Below, piece after piece: positions 19,011-27,111 of a stretch of DNA of 64,000 nucleotides (position 1 is its first letter; the number at the start of each line of letters is the position of its first letter). Position numbers and translations under genes: made by a program. Source of the stretch: Nitrospinota bacterium (GTDB taxonomy: Bacteria > Nitrospinota_A > UBA7883); NCBI GenBank assembly GCA_965223725.1, contig CBDCXE010000005.1, positions 39,268-103,267 on the forward strand. The letters run 5' to 3'. The notes beneath the pieces were generated by a model. That model saw only the letters and a list, made by a program, of their open reading frames with translations, ran no database searches and was not told the DNA's origin.

Positions 19011-20207
19011 ATGGGTTCACGTCCATTCTATGGTGGTATGACGGAATTAGAACTTAAAGATATGGAACTGCCCAGCCTTGTTTTGCGCTCACATCATAAA
19101 GATTCCAAAAAGGAAATAGTCCTCAAAACTCCTGTCATCAATGGCGGCATGGGTGTTGGGATGACCGGGCCGGAGCTGGCCGCGGCCATAACAAATGAAG
19201 GTGGTGGTGGTGTTTTGACCGGGGTGGCGCTGGGTCATCCCTGCCAGGTTATTCTGAAAAAGTATATCGGAATCAAACCTTACGAAGCCAACCTGATCGC
19301 CCTTACAGACTGGATACAAGATACAAAAGAAAAATGCGACGGCAAGTTCGTCGGTGTGAATATAATGGTTGCTTTACATGATTTTAAAGACTTGACCCTT
19401 ACATCCGCCAAAGCCGGCGCAGACTTGATCGTCGCCGGGGCAGGGCTTCCTATGGCGTTGCCGGAACTGGTATCAAAGTTTCCGGACACAATGATCGCGC
19501 CAATCGTATCTTCGGTAAAAGCGGCCCGGGTGATGATCCGCAAATGGATGTCCAGAAAACGCCCGCCGGACGCCATAATATATGAATCGATACATCATTC
19601 CGGTGGCCATCAGGGCGGTACCGTCGATGAGATCGCTGGCGGCGCCCACCAGCCGGAAGAGGTAATCGGGCAATCACGGAAACTGCTGGATGAGCTTGGC
19701 CTGGAAGATGTACCGGTGATCGCCGCCGGCGGCGCATGGTACAAAGAGGATATCCTCAAATATATTTCGTATGGCGCCCAAGGTGTGCAAATGGCGTCCC
19801 GGTTTTTATTGACCGAAGAGGCCGGGGCGGAATTTGGCGGCGCCAAGCTGTTCAAAAAGCTTTTTGTAGAGAATAAAGAGCCTACCATTCTGGAGCGTTC
19901 TCCTGCAGGGCTGCCGGGCCGGGCGCTTAATACGCCGTTTTCCAGCAAGTTTGCGGCGCATGATATTAACATAGTGAACGAACCGCACGAATGCCCCTCC
20001 GCTTGCCTCGTCACTTGCGAGAAGAAAAGCTCCATCTACTGCATATTGGGTCACCTGACCGAGGCGTTGCGCGATAACTACGAGGAAGGTCTCTTTTTCG
20101 CCGGATCAAACATTGGCAAACCGGGGCTGAATAAAGAGATTTTATCCGTTAAAGATCTGATGAGCCGCCTGCGGCTTGGAGAGCCTATACCGGCAGGCGT
20201 TGTTTAG
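19011..20207 (+). CDS. nitronate monooxygenase / FMN-dependent NAD(P)H oxidoreductase (NMO, FabK-like)
   Basis: PVINGGMGVGMTGPELAAAITNEGGGGVL and later IAAGG...G..GVQMASRF are typical of the NMO TIM-barrel flavoproteins. Confidence 0.75.
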   Translation: MGSRPFYGGMTELELKDMELPSLVLRSHHKDSKKEIVLKTPVINGGMGVGMTGPELAAAITNEGGGGVLTGVALGHPCQVILKKYIGIKPYEANLIALTDWIQDTKEKCDGKFVGVNIMVALHDFKDLTLTSAKAGADLIVAGAGLPMALPELVSKFPDTMIAPIVSSVKAARVMIRKWMSRKRPPDAIIYESIHHSGGHQGGTVDEIAGGAHQPEEVIGQSRKLLDELGLEDVPVIAAGGAWYKEDILKYISYGAQGVQMASRFLLTEEAGAEFGGAKLFKKLFVENKEPTILERSPAGLPGRALNTPFSSKFAAHDINIVNEPHECPSACLVTCEKKSSIYCILGHLTEALRDNYEEGLFFAGSNIGKPGLNKEILSVKDLMSRLRLGEPIPAGVV

Positions 20208-20779
20208 TCGTTTTTAAGGGCCGAAGTGGTCGCTATCAACTTTTTAACCGCCCCGTCCAGCCGAGCGTTCAGTTTTTCATCTGACAGCGCGCCATCTGCG
20301 TCAAATGCTGTATGCGCTGCAGCCACCGAAACATCACCCGGGATGACCAGCACACCGATACCAGATAATATAGTCCGGACATGAACAAGACCACGCATGC
20401 CACCAAACCCGCCGGGTGACGCGCTGAGCAGTCCTGCGATCTTTCCTTTATATGCGGCGGACATCCCGACGCTGTCATCCGGCCGGGTTGTCCAATCGAT
20501 AATATTTTTCAGCAGAGGTGTGATCGACCCGTTGTATTCGGGGCAGGAGATCAGCAATGCGTCATGTTCCATGATCATGGTTCGCAGTTTTACAGCATTT
20601 TCCGGGATACCTTCAGATTCCTCCAGATCACCATCATATTGTGGGGCAGGATAATCGGCCAGGTCGACCAGTGTCACTTCCGCGCCAGACTTCTCCACTT
20701 TTGCGGCGGCGATAGCCACCAGTTTTTTATTGAACGAACCGCTCCTGGAACTTCCTGCAAACGCCAGAATTTTAATCAT
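20204..20779 (-). CDS. NADPH-dependent FMN reductase family protein
   Basis: MIKILAFAGSSRSGSFNKKL..., the flavodoxin-like fold signature and the ~190 aa length. Confidence 0.85.
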   Translation of the reverse strand: MIKILAFAGSSRSGSFNKKLVAIAAAKVEKSGAEVTLVDLADYPAPQYDGDLEESEGIPENAVKLRTMIMEHDALLISCPEYNGSITPLLKNIIDWTTRPDDSVGMSAAYKGKIAGLLSASPGGFGGMRGLVHVRTILSGIGVLVIPGDVSVAAAHTAFDADGALSDEKLNARLDGAVKKLIATTSALKND

Positions 20780-20862
20780 CTGTTTACAATATACGTGACC
20801 GCAATGGAAATCAAGGTCGCGCTTGTTGTGTCACTTCAATAAATTGAGTATAAATAAGTCAA

Positions 20863-20893
20863 GCGCTTTGCTATGAGAGGAATAGCAAAGCGC
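20863..20893 (-). terminator. strong hairpin, probable intrinsic terminator of the riboswitch-controlled unit
   Basis: 12-bp perfect stem gcgctttgctat/atagcaaagcgc with a 7-nt loop. On the minus strand it is followed by UUGACUUAUUUAU. It lies 26 nt downstream of the 121-aa ORF stop. Confidence 0.5.
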
Positions 20894-20918
20894 CTGATTG
20901 ATTACTGTTGCGTTGTGC

Positions 20919-21284
20919 CTAACGAAACAGCAACGATGAAAATACGCGCTCTCCACAACGGGCAAAGCACGGCCCGTATGGCAATGAGTGGAGAAAGCGT
21001 GGAATGACAACAGGGTCGAAACAGCGCCTGGGGGAGGGGATAGCGCTCGGGAAGACACCAGCTGCCAATAGGAGAGCAATGCCTTTGCTCCTTATCGATG
21101 TTACAAGTGGATGATAAAAAAGGCGTAGGGATGGTAGATGTAGAAATCCGAAAATGCAAAGTGACAGCGCGATTGGGAAAAACGCTGTAAGAAAAATATC
21201 AGCCACCCCGAGCCTTTCAAAAAAAGTTTCTGGGAAGCCGTATTTCTTCACAGGCTCTGATTTGCCCATACCACGACGGGACAT
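20919..21284 (-). CDS. hypothetical 121-aa protein with two hydrophobic segments, the only sizeable ORF downstream of riboswitch 1
   Basis: ATG 14 nt after the riboswitch B12 box. It has two TM-like stretches (VADIFLTAFFPIALSLCIFGFLHL and GIALLLAAGVFPSAI). There is no obvious SD, the composition is F/L/P/R/S-heavy, and two other frames are also open here, so coding status is doubtful. Confidence 0.3.
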   Translation of the reverse strand: MSRRGMGKSEPVKKYGFPETFFERLGVADIFLTAFFPIALSLCIFGFLHLPSLRLFYHPLVTSIRSKGIALLLAAGVFPSAIPSPRRCFDPVVIPRFLHSLPYGPCFARCGERVFSSLLFR

Positions 21285-21297
21285 CAGATATGATTAG

Positions 21298-21435
21298 ATT
21301 GCAGGCAAGTCTTCTGGCTCCCGGTTTAACCTACTTGCCGCGCCTTCCCGCCCTACTGGACAGTGGCATATAGCGGCGTTCGTACCCGGTTACAGCGGCG
21401 GGTCCGCGACGGATTTACACCGTCTTCCTTCTTAT
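21298..21435 (-). promoter_or_regulatory. cobalamin (B12) riboswitch, copy 1
   Basis: Minus-strand RNA reads GGUGUAAAUCCGUCGCGGACCCGCCGCUGUAACCGGG...GCCACUG...GGGAAGGCGCGG...GAGCCAGAAGACUUGCCUGC. It has the conserved GGUG.AA.CC, CCCGCCRCUGUAA, CACUG and GGGAAG elements and the B12 box. Confidence 0.85.
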
Positions 21436-21529
21436 GGTTGCAAAACCACCTACAATAACGCTTTTAGTATAACTTTTACTGTACAGGTGTCAATAGTTTT
21501 TTTATAAAATAATTTTGTATATATCCTGG

Positions 21530-22201
21530 CTAGAAAAGGGTCAGTGGATGGGCTGGAACGATCAGCTCCGGGCCGTCATTTTTGGCGTCGTTTACCTTGG
21601 GTGAAACAGGATAGAACTCCACTGGCTCGATAGTTGGGATTAGCAGCGAGCGGAGCTGGTCGCTATCGTGATATGAGCTGTCTAGCCACTGCCCCCAATG
21701 CTCCGGCGACAAGATTACGGGCATGCGTTCATACAGTTCGCGAAGCGCATCGTTCGCCGGGCAGGTGATCACCGTGAATGTTTCGAGCGGTTTATCATCG
21801 TTTTCTTTTCGTTCCCACAAACCGGCGACCAGAAGGGGCGATTGATCCGGACATCGTATGAAGTAAGGCTGCTTGCTGCCCGCCTCCTTCCGCCATTCGA
21901 AGAAACCATCCATCGGGATCACGCAACGCTTTTTCTCGAACGCATTTTTAAAGGCCGGTTTTTCATGTACTGTTTCAGAGCGGGCGTTGAAGGTTTTAAA
22001 CCCAAAATTTTCATCCTTCGCCCAGGATGGAACCAGCCCCCAGCGTATAGGTGAGAAAGAGCGGCCTGTTTCGCCTTCGCGAATTATATCGGCTGTTCCG
22101 CCTGGCGCTATGTTGTATCGGAAGACAGAACGCTTGCCTTTGACCTTCAAACTCTCGGTGATCACGTCATACGAATTGAACTGACCGAATCTTCCACACA
22201 T
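21530..22201 (-). CDS. SOS response-associated peptidase (SRAP/YedK, abasic-site processing protein)
   Basis: N-terminal MCGRF (catalytic Cys2), later FNARSET and FFEW motifs, ~220 aa. Confidence 0.85.
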   Translation of the reverse strand: MCGRFGQFNSYDVITESLKVKGKRSVFRYNIAPGGTADIIREGETGRSFSPIRWGLVPSWAKDENFGFKTFNARSETVHEKPAFKNAFEKKRCVIPMDGFFEWRKEAGSKQPYFIRCPDQSPLLVAGLWERKENDDKPLETFTVITCPANDALRELYERMPVILSPEHWGQWLDSSYHDSDQLRSLLIPTIEPVEFYPVSPKVNDAKNDGPELIVPAHPLTLF

Positions 22202-22213
22202 ATAAAGGCCTGC

Positions 22214-22726
22214 TCACATCAAGCTAATTTCGATATCTCCGCCACTCTCCAGCAACCGCGACTCTATGATGCTCTTTAGCTCCAGCACAGATTTGCGGAC
22301 ATCGAGGCTCTTCTCCAGCTCCCATTGGAGTGAAAGCAGAAAACCGTGTTCAACATCGATGGACATCGGGTCGGACGTGTCGCCGATGATCTTGACCTTG
22401 CATGACGAGCTGAAACTGCCGCCGCCATGGTTGATTGTAAGGTTGCGGGTCTCATAATTTACCGGATGGAACTGATGCGTAGTGTTGATTCGGTGGAACC
22501 CGGATATTTTCAGCTCCCGCGCCAGATAATCAGTGATCGTACCCTCTGCTTTCTCGCCGGTGTCGATCAACAGTATGGTACCGGGCCGGTTTTTCTTCGT
22601 GATGGTGGAGAGCAACTGGACATTACTTGCCCCCAGCTCCATGATTTTTTCCACCGCGGCGCCCAACATTTCTCCAGAGAGATGATCCGCCTGGGCCATG
22701 ATAAGCGTTGCATTTTTCTGCAACAA
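22214..22726 (-). CDS. stand-alone LarC C-terminal (LarC2/DUF111-like) domain protein
   Basis: LIMAQADHLSGEMLGAAVEKIMELGASNVQLLSTITKKNRPGTILLID parallels the ETNxDDxxGExxG...GAxDV...PIxMKKxRP block of LarC. The following beta-rich segment with CKVKIIG... is arranged like the LarC2 tail. The N-terminal LarC1 part is absent. Confidence 0.55.
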   Translation of the reverse strand: MLQKNATLIMAQADHLSGEMLGAAVEKIMELGASNVQLLSTITKKNRPGTILLIDTGEKAEGTITDYLARELKISGFHRINTTHQFHPVNYETRNLTINHGGGSFSSSCKVKIIGDTSDPMSIDVEHGFLLSLQWELEKSLDVRKSVLELKSIIESRLLESGGDIEISLM

Positions 22727-22728
22727 AC

Positions 22729-24501
22729 CTAGCTCTCCATGCCCCGCCCGATGTCATGGGCCAGCCGGACCGATTCCCGGAAACCGGTGGAAGGTGGTAT
22801 GGCCACGAAAACGTTGCCCGCCTTGACCGCCCTCTCCACCGCCTCCTCCGGGTCCATACCCCGGGCGGCGGCCATGCAGGCGCAGGTCACCACATCCATG
22901 GAGCAGGCGCCCAGGCACATCATGTCGATGATCGCCATGGCGGTGGCGGAGATGGCGTCGATGGTCTCCCGGTCGCGGTTCATCAACGCCTCCGGCGCGG
23001 CTTTGGCCAGCACGTTTTCCAGCTCGTAAACCTTGCCGTCGATCTTCACCTCCACATCGATATGGGCGTCGAAGGCGAAGTGGCTATGGGCGAACTTATG
23101 CTTGCGTCTGCCGGAGCCGGGGGCCACCCTGGTGAAGTTGATATACTCCACATCCTTCCCGGTCAGGCGGCTCATGGTTTTCGCCACCGCTTCGGCGTTG
23201 CGCACGATCAGCTTCTGCTGGATATCGCCGATCAGCTCCTCCAGCGAGGCGCCCGCCTCCATCTGTTCATAGGCGTATGTGGCGCGGTTCGATATGGCGT
23301 TGGTCATCACCGGCTCCGTCGCCCGGATGATCATGTTCGTCAGCGGGCCGCGGTTGATACTCTCCGCCTTTCTGGCCAGCAGGTTGTTGGCCGCCGAGGC
23401 CGATTCGCTCTGAAAATAGTGATCGCACACCGACCGGATGGCGTCAATTATATCCTCCTCCGAAGCGCCGGAGCCCAGCATGCGCAGCGCCAGCACAGGC
23501 GCGGTGACCCAATGGTGCAGCGGCACCACCAGCGGCCCGCCCGCCCGGCCAACGCCGATCATGGCGCCCTCCTGCACAATCGAGCATATCTCCGAAAACA
23601 TGATCATGCCCACGACCGTGGGGGTGCCGGAGTCTTTCAGTATGATGGCCAGGTCGCCGATAACCTTCGCCGTCTCCAGTTCTTCACCGGTGCCGCGGAT
23701 ATGTATCTTTTTTGGCAGGCCCACTTCCTCCACGGCGGTGGTGGCGGATGTCTCCGGCGTTCTGGTTTTCAGGAAATCGCCGAACTCCTCGCCCACATAA
23801 GAGTCGGGGTGGATAATCTCCAACGCGGCGGCGGAACCGAACAGCGCTGATAGCCACCGGTTCGGCCGCATACCGGCGGATTGATAGGCGCTGACCATTG
23901 CCCGGGAGCCGATGGACGCCAGCTTCTTGCCCAGCTTTGGAAACAGATGATCCTCGCCAATGGCCGAATGCCCGACCACAGGGCCACCCGCCCCCAGCGG
24001 CAGAAAGTTCGCGTCGTACGGCGCCAGGTTCTGCTCCGCCATGGCCTGGTATATGGCCAGCGTGGCGGCGAACCCCGATATTTTGTTGTTCTGCTTTTCG
24101 GTAGGCATCGACGATATCCTGCCGGATGGTATCTGTGCCGCCATCCGTGTGACCGCGCCCAGCTTCCGGTTGGGCATAGGGATGCCGCACTGGGCGCCCA
24201 CCCCGGACCAGTAGAGAAGCGTCGCTGTGCACAAGGCGGCGTTGGCCGGGTCGGCGCCGCACCGCATCAGCATGTCGATCGCTTTTTTCGCGGTTTCGTC
24301 CAGCTCCGTATACTGTTCGGAGCCGACCTCCATGTCGTGCCTTTTGCCCTTTTTTATCTCTTTGGCGATGACGTCGCACGCCGCCCAGATGCCCATGTTG
24401 AACGCGCCCCATCCGCCCAGGCCCGGGTCAAGGTTTTCCAGCGTAAGGTAATCCGGCTTCGCAGTGACAGCCCTGAACGTGGCTATTATTTCCTTGTTCA
24501 T
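22729..24501 (-). CDS. 590-aa soluble protein of unrecognised family with a C-terminal Cys cluster
   Basis: Long uninterrupted ORF with ordinary protein-like composition. Its start overlaps the upstream stop (ATGA at 24501) and it ends 2 nt before the next gene. CLGACSMDVVTCAC (nt 22876-22917) is a 4-Cys motif. I found no TM segments, P-loop, radical-SAM motif or DxHxxG motif. Confidence 0.7.
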   Translation of the reverse strand: MNKEIIATFRAVTAKPDYLTLENLDPGLGGWGAFNMGIWAACDVIAKEIKKGKRHDMEVGSEQYTELDETAKKAIDMLMRCGADPANAALCTATLLYWSGVGAQCGIPMPNRKLGAVTRMAAQIPSGRISSMPTEKQNNKISGFAATLAIYQAMAEQNLAPYDANFLPLGAGGPVVGHSAIGEDHLFPKLGKKLASIGSRAMVSAYQSAGMRPNRWLSALFGSAAALEIIHPDSYVGEEFGDFLKTRTPETSATTAVEEVGLPKKIHIRGTGEELETAKVIGDLAIILKDSGTPTVVGMIMFSEICSIVQEGAMIGVGRAGGPLVVPLHHWVTAPVLALRMLGSGASEEDIIDAIRSVCDHYFQSESASAANNLLARKAESINRGPLTNMIIRATEPVMTNAISNRATYAYEQMEAGASLEELIGDIQQKLIVRNAEAVAKTMSRLTGKDVEYINFTRVAPGSGRRKHKFAHSHFAFDAHIDVEVKIDGKVYELENVLAKAAPEALMNRDRETIDAISATAMAIIDMMCLGACSMDVVTCACMAAARGMDPEEAVERAVKAGNVFVAIPPSTGFRESVRLAHDIGRGMES

Positions 24502-25529
24502 CAGTTTTTCCAGTTGTTGGCGGTGTCAATCATTGTGTGTATGTTAGCCAGCGGCACATCGGGCGGGATATCGCAGCCCGGCATCAGGATAAATCCGCCG
24601 CCATCGGCCGCCCTCTCTAAAATATGCAGGCAGTCCCGCTCTACCTTCTCCACCGATCCATGTAGCAACGAGTGCACCGGGTCGATGTTTCCAGCAAAGC
24701 AGATCTTGCCTGCAAGGGTTTCCCTGGCTTTTCCTATATCGGTCTTATGATCCAGGCTGATACAGCTCGCCCCGGTTTCCGGATAGAGCTCCAGCCGGTC
24801 TGTCGTGTCACCGCATATATGCAATATTGTCAGCACATCGTGAGAGTTTGTCCAGTCGAAAAATTTTCTCAGATGGGGCAACGCAAAAGTTTCGAACTGT
24901 TTTTTCGAGATCAGATCGCCCGAGGCGGTCGGGTCGCCGATGGTTATCATCTCTATGGCGCCATCCTCCACCAGCGGCGTGAAAATACGTATCAGCAGTT
25001 CGTTGATAAAATCCAGAACCTTCTCCAGAAACTCCGGCTTCTTGTAAATCATTTTGACGAACGCCTCTTCCCCCACGATCCGCGCGCCCAGGGTGAACGG
25101 ACCCCAGGCGGTCATGGTCACCAGATACTCGTCGCCGATCTTCGCCTTTGCGGCGCGGAATGCGGCGCGTACTGTATTGATGTAAGGGTCGGTATCAACC
25201 CGGGAGATGTCAAGCTGTTCCAGCTCATCCTCCGACGAGACGATGGTATGGTCCAGATCCACCGCGCCCTTCTCCGGAAACATGATCCCGGTACCCAACG
25301 CAACCGCCGGCAGGTTCGGGAATCCGGAGCCGGCGTAGACAATGCCGCTGCGCGCCTCGGCGGCCATTTTCAGCAGGAAGCCGGTCATGGTCTCCTCGTC
25401 GCTGAGGATATGTTTCAGCGTGGTATTGAAATGGGACGCGCCCCAGGTGCCACCACCCATGAGCGCCACCGGGACCGTGTCTGGTTCGCCGCAGTTCAAG
25501 GCTGTGACCAGGGCGTCTTTCGGGTTCAT
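24501..25529 (-). CDS. URO-D family protein, MtaA/MtbA-like (methylcobamide-type methyltransferase)
   Basis: Length and overall pattern fit the uroporphyrinogen decarboxylase family. LTILHICGD (His-x-Cys) plus the later MPGCDIPP Cys match the Zn ligand arrangement of MtaA-type enzymes. The ATG at 25529 (MNPKDAL) is preferred over the TTG at 25556. Confidence 0.7.
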   Translation of the reverse strand: MNPKDALVTALNCGEPDTVPVALMGGGTWGASHFNTTLKHILSDEETMTGFLLKMAAEARSGIVYAGSGFPNLPAVALGTGIMFPEKGAVDLDHTIVSSEDELEQLDISRVDTDPYINTVRAAFRAAKAKIGDEYLVTMTAWGPFTLGARIVGEEAFVKMIYKKPEFLEKVLDFINELLIRIFTPLVEDGAIEMITIGDPTASGDLISKKQFETFALPHLRKFFDWTNSHDVLTILHICGDTTDRLELYPETGASCISLDHKTDIGKARETLAGKICFAGNIDPVHSLLHGSVEKVERDCLHILERAADGGGFILMPGCDIPPDVPLANIHTMIDTANNWKN

Positions 25530-25640
25530 TAACCCGCACCTTTCATGACCGGGCAAGGATTTTCCAATTGACCACCTCCATCTTCTTTATAACGGAAGCT
25601 TATCATATCAGAAAAACCGCAACAACAACCCTGCGAGGCT

Positions 25641-26411
25641 TTAATCTACGTGGCTCAACTCATCGGCTAACGCAACGACAATATCGTCTATATTTTTGAA
25701 CGATTTAACGTTATCTTCCGGAGGGCGGTTGACCAACACCACATGGATGCCCGTCCGCCGCGCCGCTTCCACCTTCTCCGGCACGCCGCCCGGTTTGCCG
25801 CTGTCTTTGGTGACCAGCACACCGGCGCCGATCTGGTTGATATGATCGATGTTCTGCTCCACGCTGAAAGGGCCACGCATTGCGATGATCTCGTCATCGT
25901 TCAGCCCGGCTTTGCGGCACGCCTCGATGGATGCGGGATGATCCAGCACCCGCGCCACCACCGTAAGCCCGGTCCGACGCGCTTCGGCGGCGTAGGGTCC
26001 GGCGTTGTTGGAGCCTATGGTCAGCAGCGCCGGCTTGCCGTAATAAAACGCCAGCGCGGCCGCCTGCTCATGGGTGTCCACCGCCGCCATGTTCTCATAC
26101 TCATACACTTCGCTGTCGCGGGTATAGGTCAGCAGACCGATGCCGGCGGACTTAGCGGCTTTGGCGATGGTGATGCTGGCGTCCCGGGCGAAGGGGTGGG
26201 TGGCGTCGACGACGCAACGGATCCCTTCCGCCTCAATCAGCTCGATCATTTGGTCCATATTCAACCTGCCGCGCCGCCTGCGGATACGTGGGTGATCCCC
26301 CACACTAAGCTCCACATCGGTGGCGGTGGAGGCAAGAACATCGAACCCGGCCCCGGCGATCTTCTCCGCTATCGGCGCGGTCTCGCTGGTGCCGCCGAAC
26401 AGCAGGATCAT
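25641..26411 (-). CDS. cbiJ: cobalt-precorrin-6A reductase
   Basis: MILLFGGTSETAPIAEKI... and the C-terminal VTKDSG..GG..EK motif. The start at 26411 overlaps the cbiH stop (ATGA). The track N-terminal extension to 26567 is a frame overlap artefact. Confidence 0.8.
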   Translation of the reverse strand: MILLFGGTSETAPIAEKIAGAGFDVLASTATDVELSVGDHPRIRRRRGRLNMDQMIELIEAEGIRCVVDATHPFARDASITIAKAAKSAGIGLLTYTRDSEVYEYENMAAVDTHEQAAALAFYYGKPALLTIGSNNAGPYAAEARRTGLTVVARVLDHPASIEACRKAGLNDDEIIAMRGPFSVEQNIDHINQIGAGVLVTKDSGKPGGVPEKVEAARRTGIHVVLVNRPPEDNVKSFKNIDDIVVALADELSHVD

Positions 26412-27097
26412 ATCTTGTAACCCCTGGCGGTGACGATCCTGCCGTCGATCACGGTGGAAGATGTGGAGCCGATGATCAACGTGGTGCGCATGGCGATCTT
26501 CTCGTTGAGGAAATCGCCCAGGGTGGAGATCACGATGTTCTGGTTTTCCAGGCTGATGGAATCGCAAATGCCCACCGGCGTTTCGGCAGGGCGGTGCTTG
26601 GCGAATATCGCCGCCGCCTCTTCGATCTGCGTCACCCGTTTTTTGCTCTTCGGGTTATACAGCGCCACCACCATATCCGCCTTGGCCACCGCCTCCAGCC
26701 GCTCCAGGATCATCTCCCACGGCACCAGTAGGTCGCTGAGGCTGATGACGGCGTAGTCGAGCGACAACGGCGCCCCCAGCAGAGCCGCCGCAGAGTTGGC
26801 CGCCGACACGCCCGGCACTATTTCGATATCCAGGTCGGCGCCTTCCGTCTCCACCAGCTCGATGGCGAGCCCCGCCATGCCGTACACACCCGGGTCGCCG
26901 CTAGACACGATGGAGACGACATTGCCCTCCGCCGCCTTTTCGATGGCGGCCTTGCAGCGGTCCACCTCTTTGGTCATACCGGTGGAAATGACCTCCTTTT
27001 CGTCGGTCAAATCCTCGACCAGCTCCACATATTTGGTATAGCCGACAACTATATCGCTGGCGTCGATCGCCGCTTCGGCTCTATGGGTTCTGTCCAT
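26408..27097 (-). CDS. cbiH: cobalt-factor III / precorrin-3B C17-methyltransferase (true start probably upstream of first ATG)
   Basis: Tetrapyrrole methylase fold sequences (VVSIVSSGDPGVYGMAGL). The expected N-terminal loop KGKLFVVGIGPGG lies in frame upstream of the ATG at 27097 (see finding). Confidence 0.8.
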   Translation of the reverse strand: MDRTHRAEAAIDASDIVVGYTKYVELVEDLTDEKEVISTGMTKEVDRCKAAIEKAAEGNVVSIVSSGDPGVYGMAGLAIELVETEGADLDIEIVPGVSAANSAAALLGAPLSLDYAVISLSDLLVPWEMILERLEAVAKADMVVALYNPKSKKRVTQIEEAAAIFAKHRPAETPVGICDSISLENQNIVISTLGDFLNEKIAMRTTLIIGSTSSTVIDGRIVTARGYKI

Positions 27098-27111
27098 CGC
27101 GCCTCCGGGTC

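Noticed and set aside
22708-24750. Long plus-strand ORFs (380 aa at 22708-23850 and 289 aa at 23881-24750, plus others) antisense to the 590-aa gene
   Set aside because: They lie entirely inside a better-supported minus-strand gene. Their translations are low-complexity and rich in R/H/G/A/P (HRLRRGFGQHVF... style), as expected for shadow frames of GC-rich coding DNA. They have no SD and no recognisable motifs.
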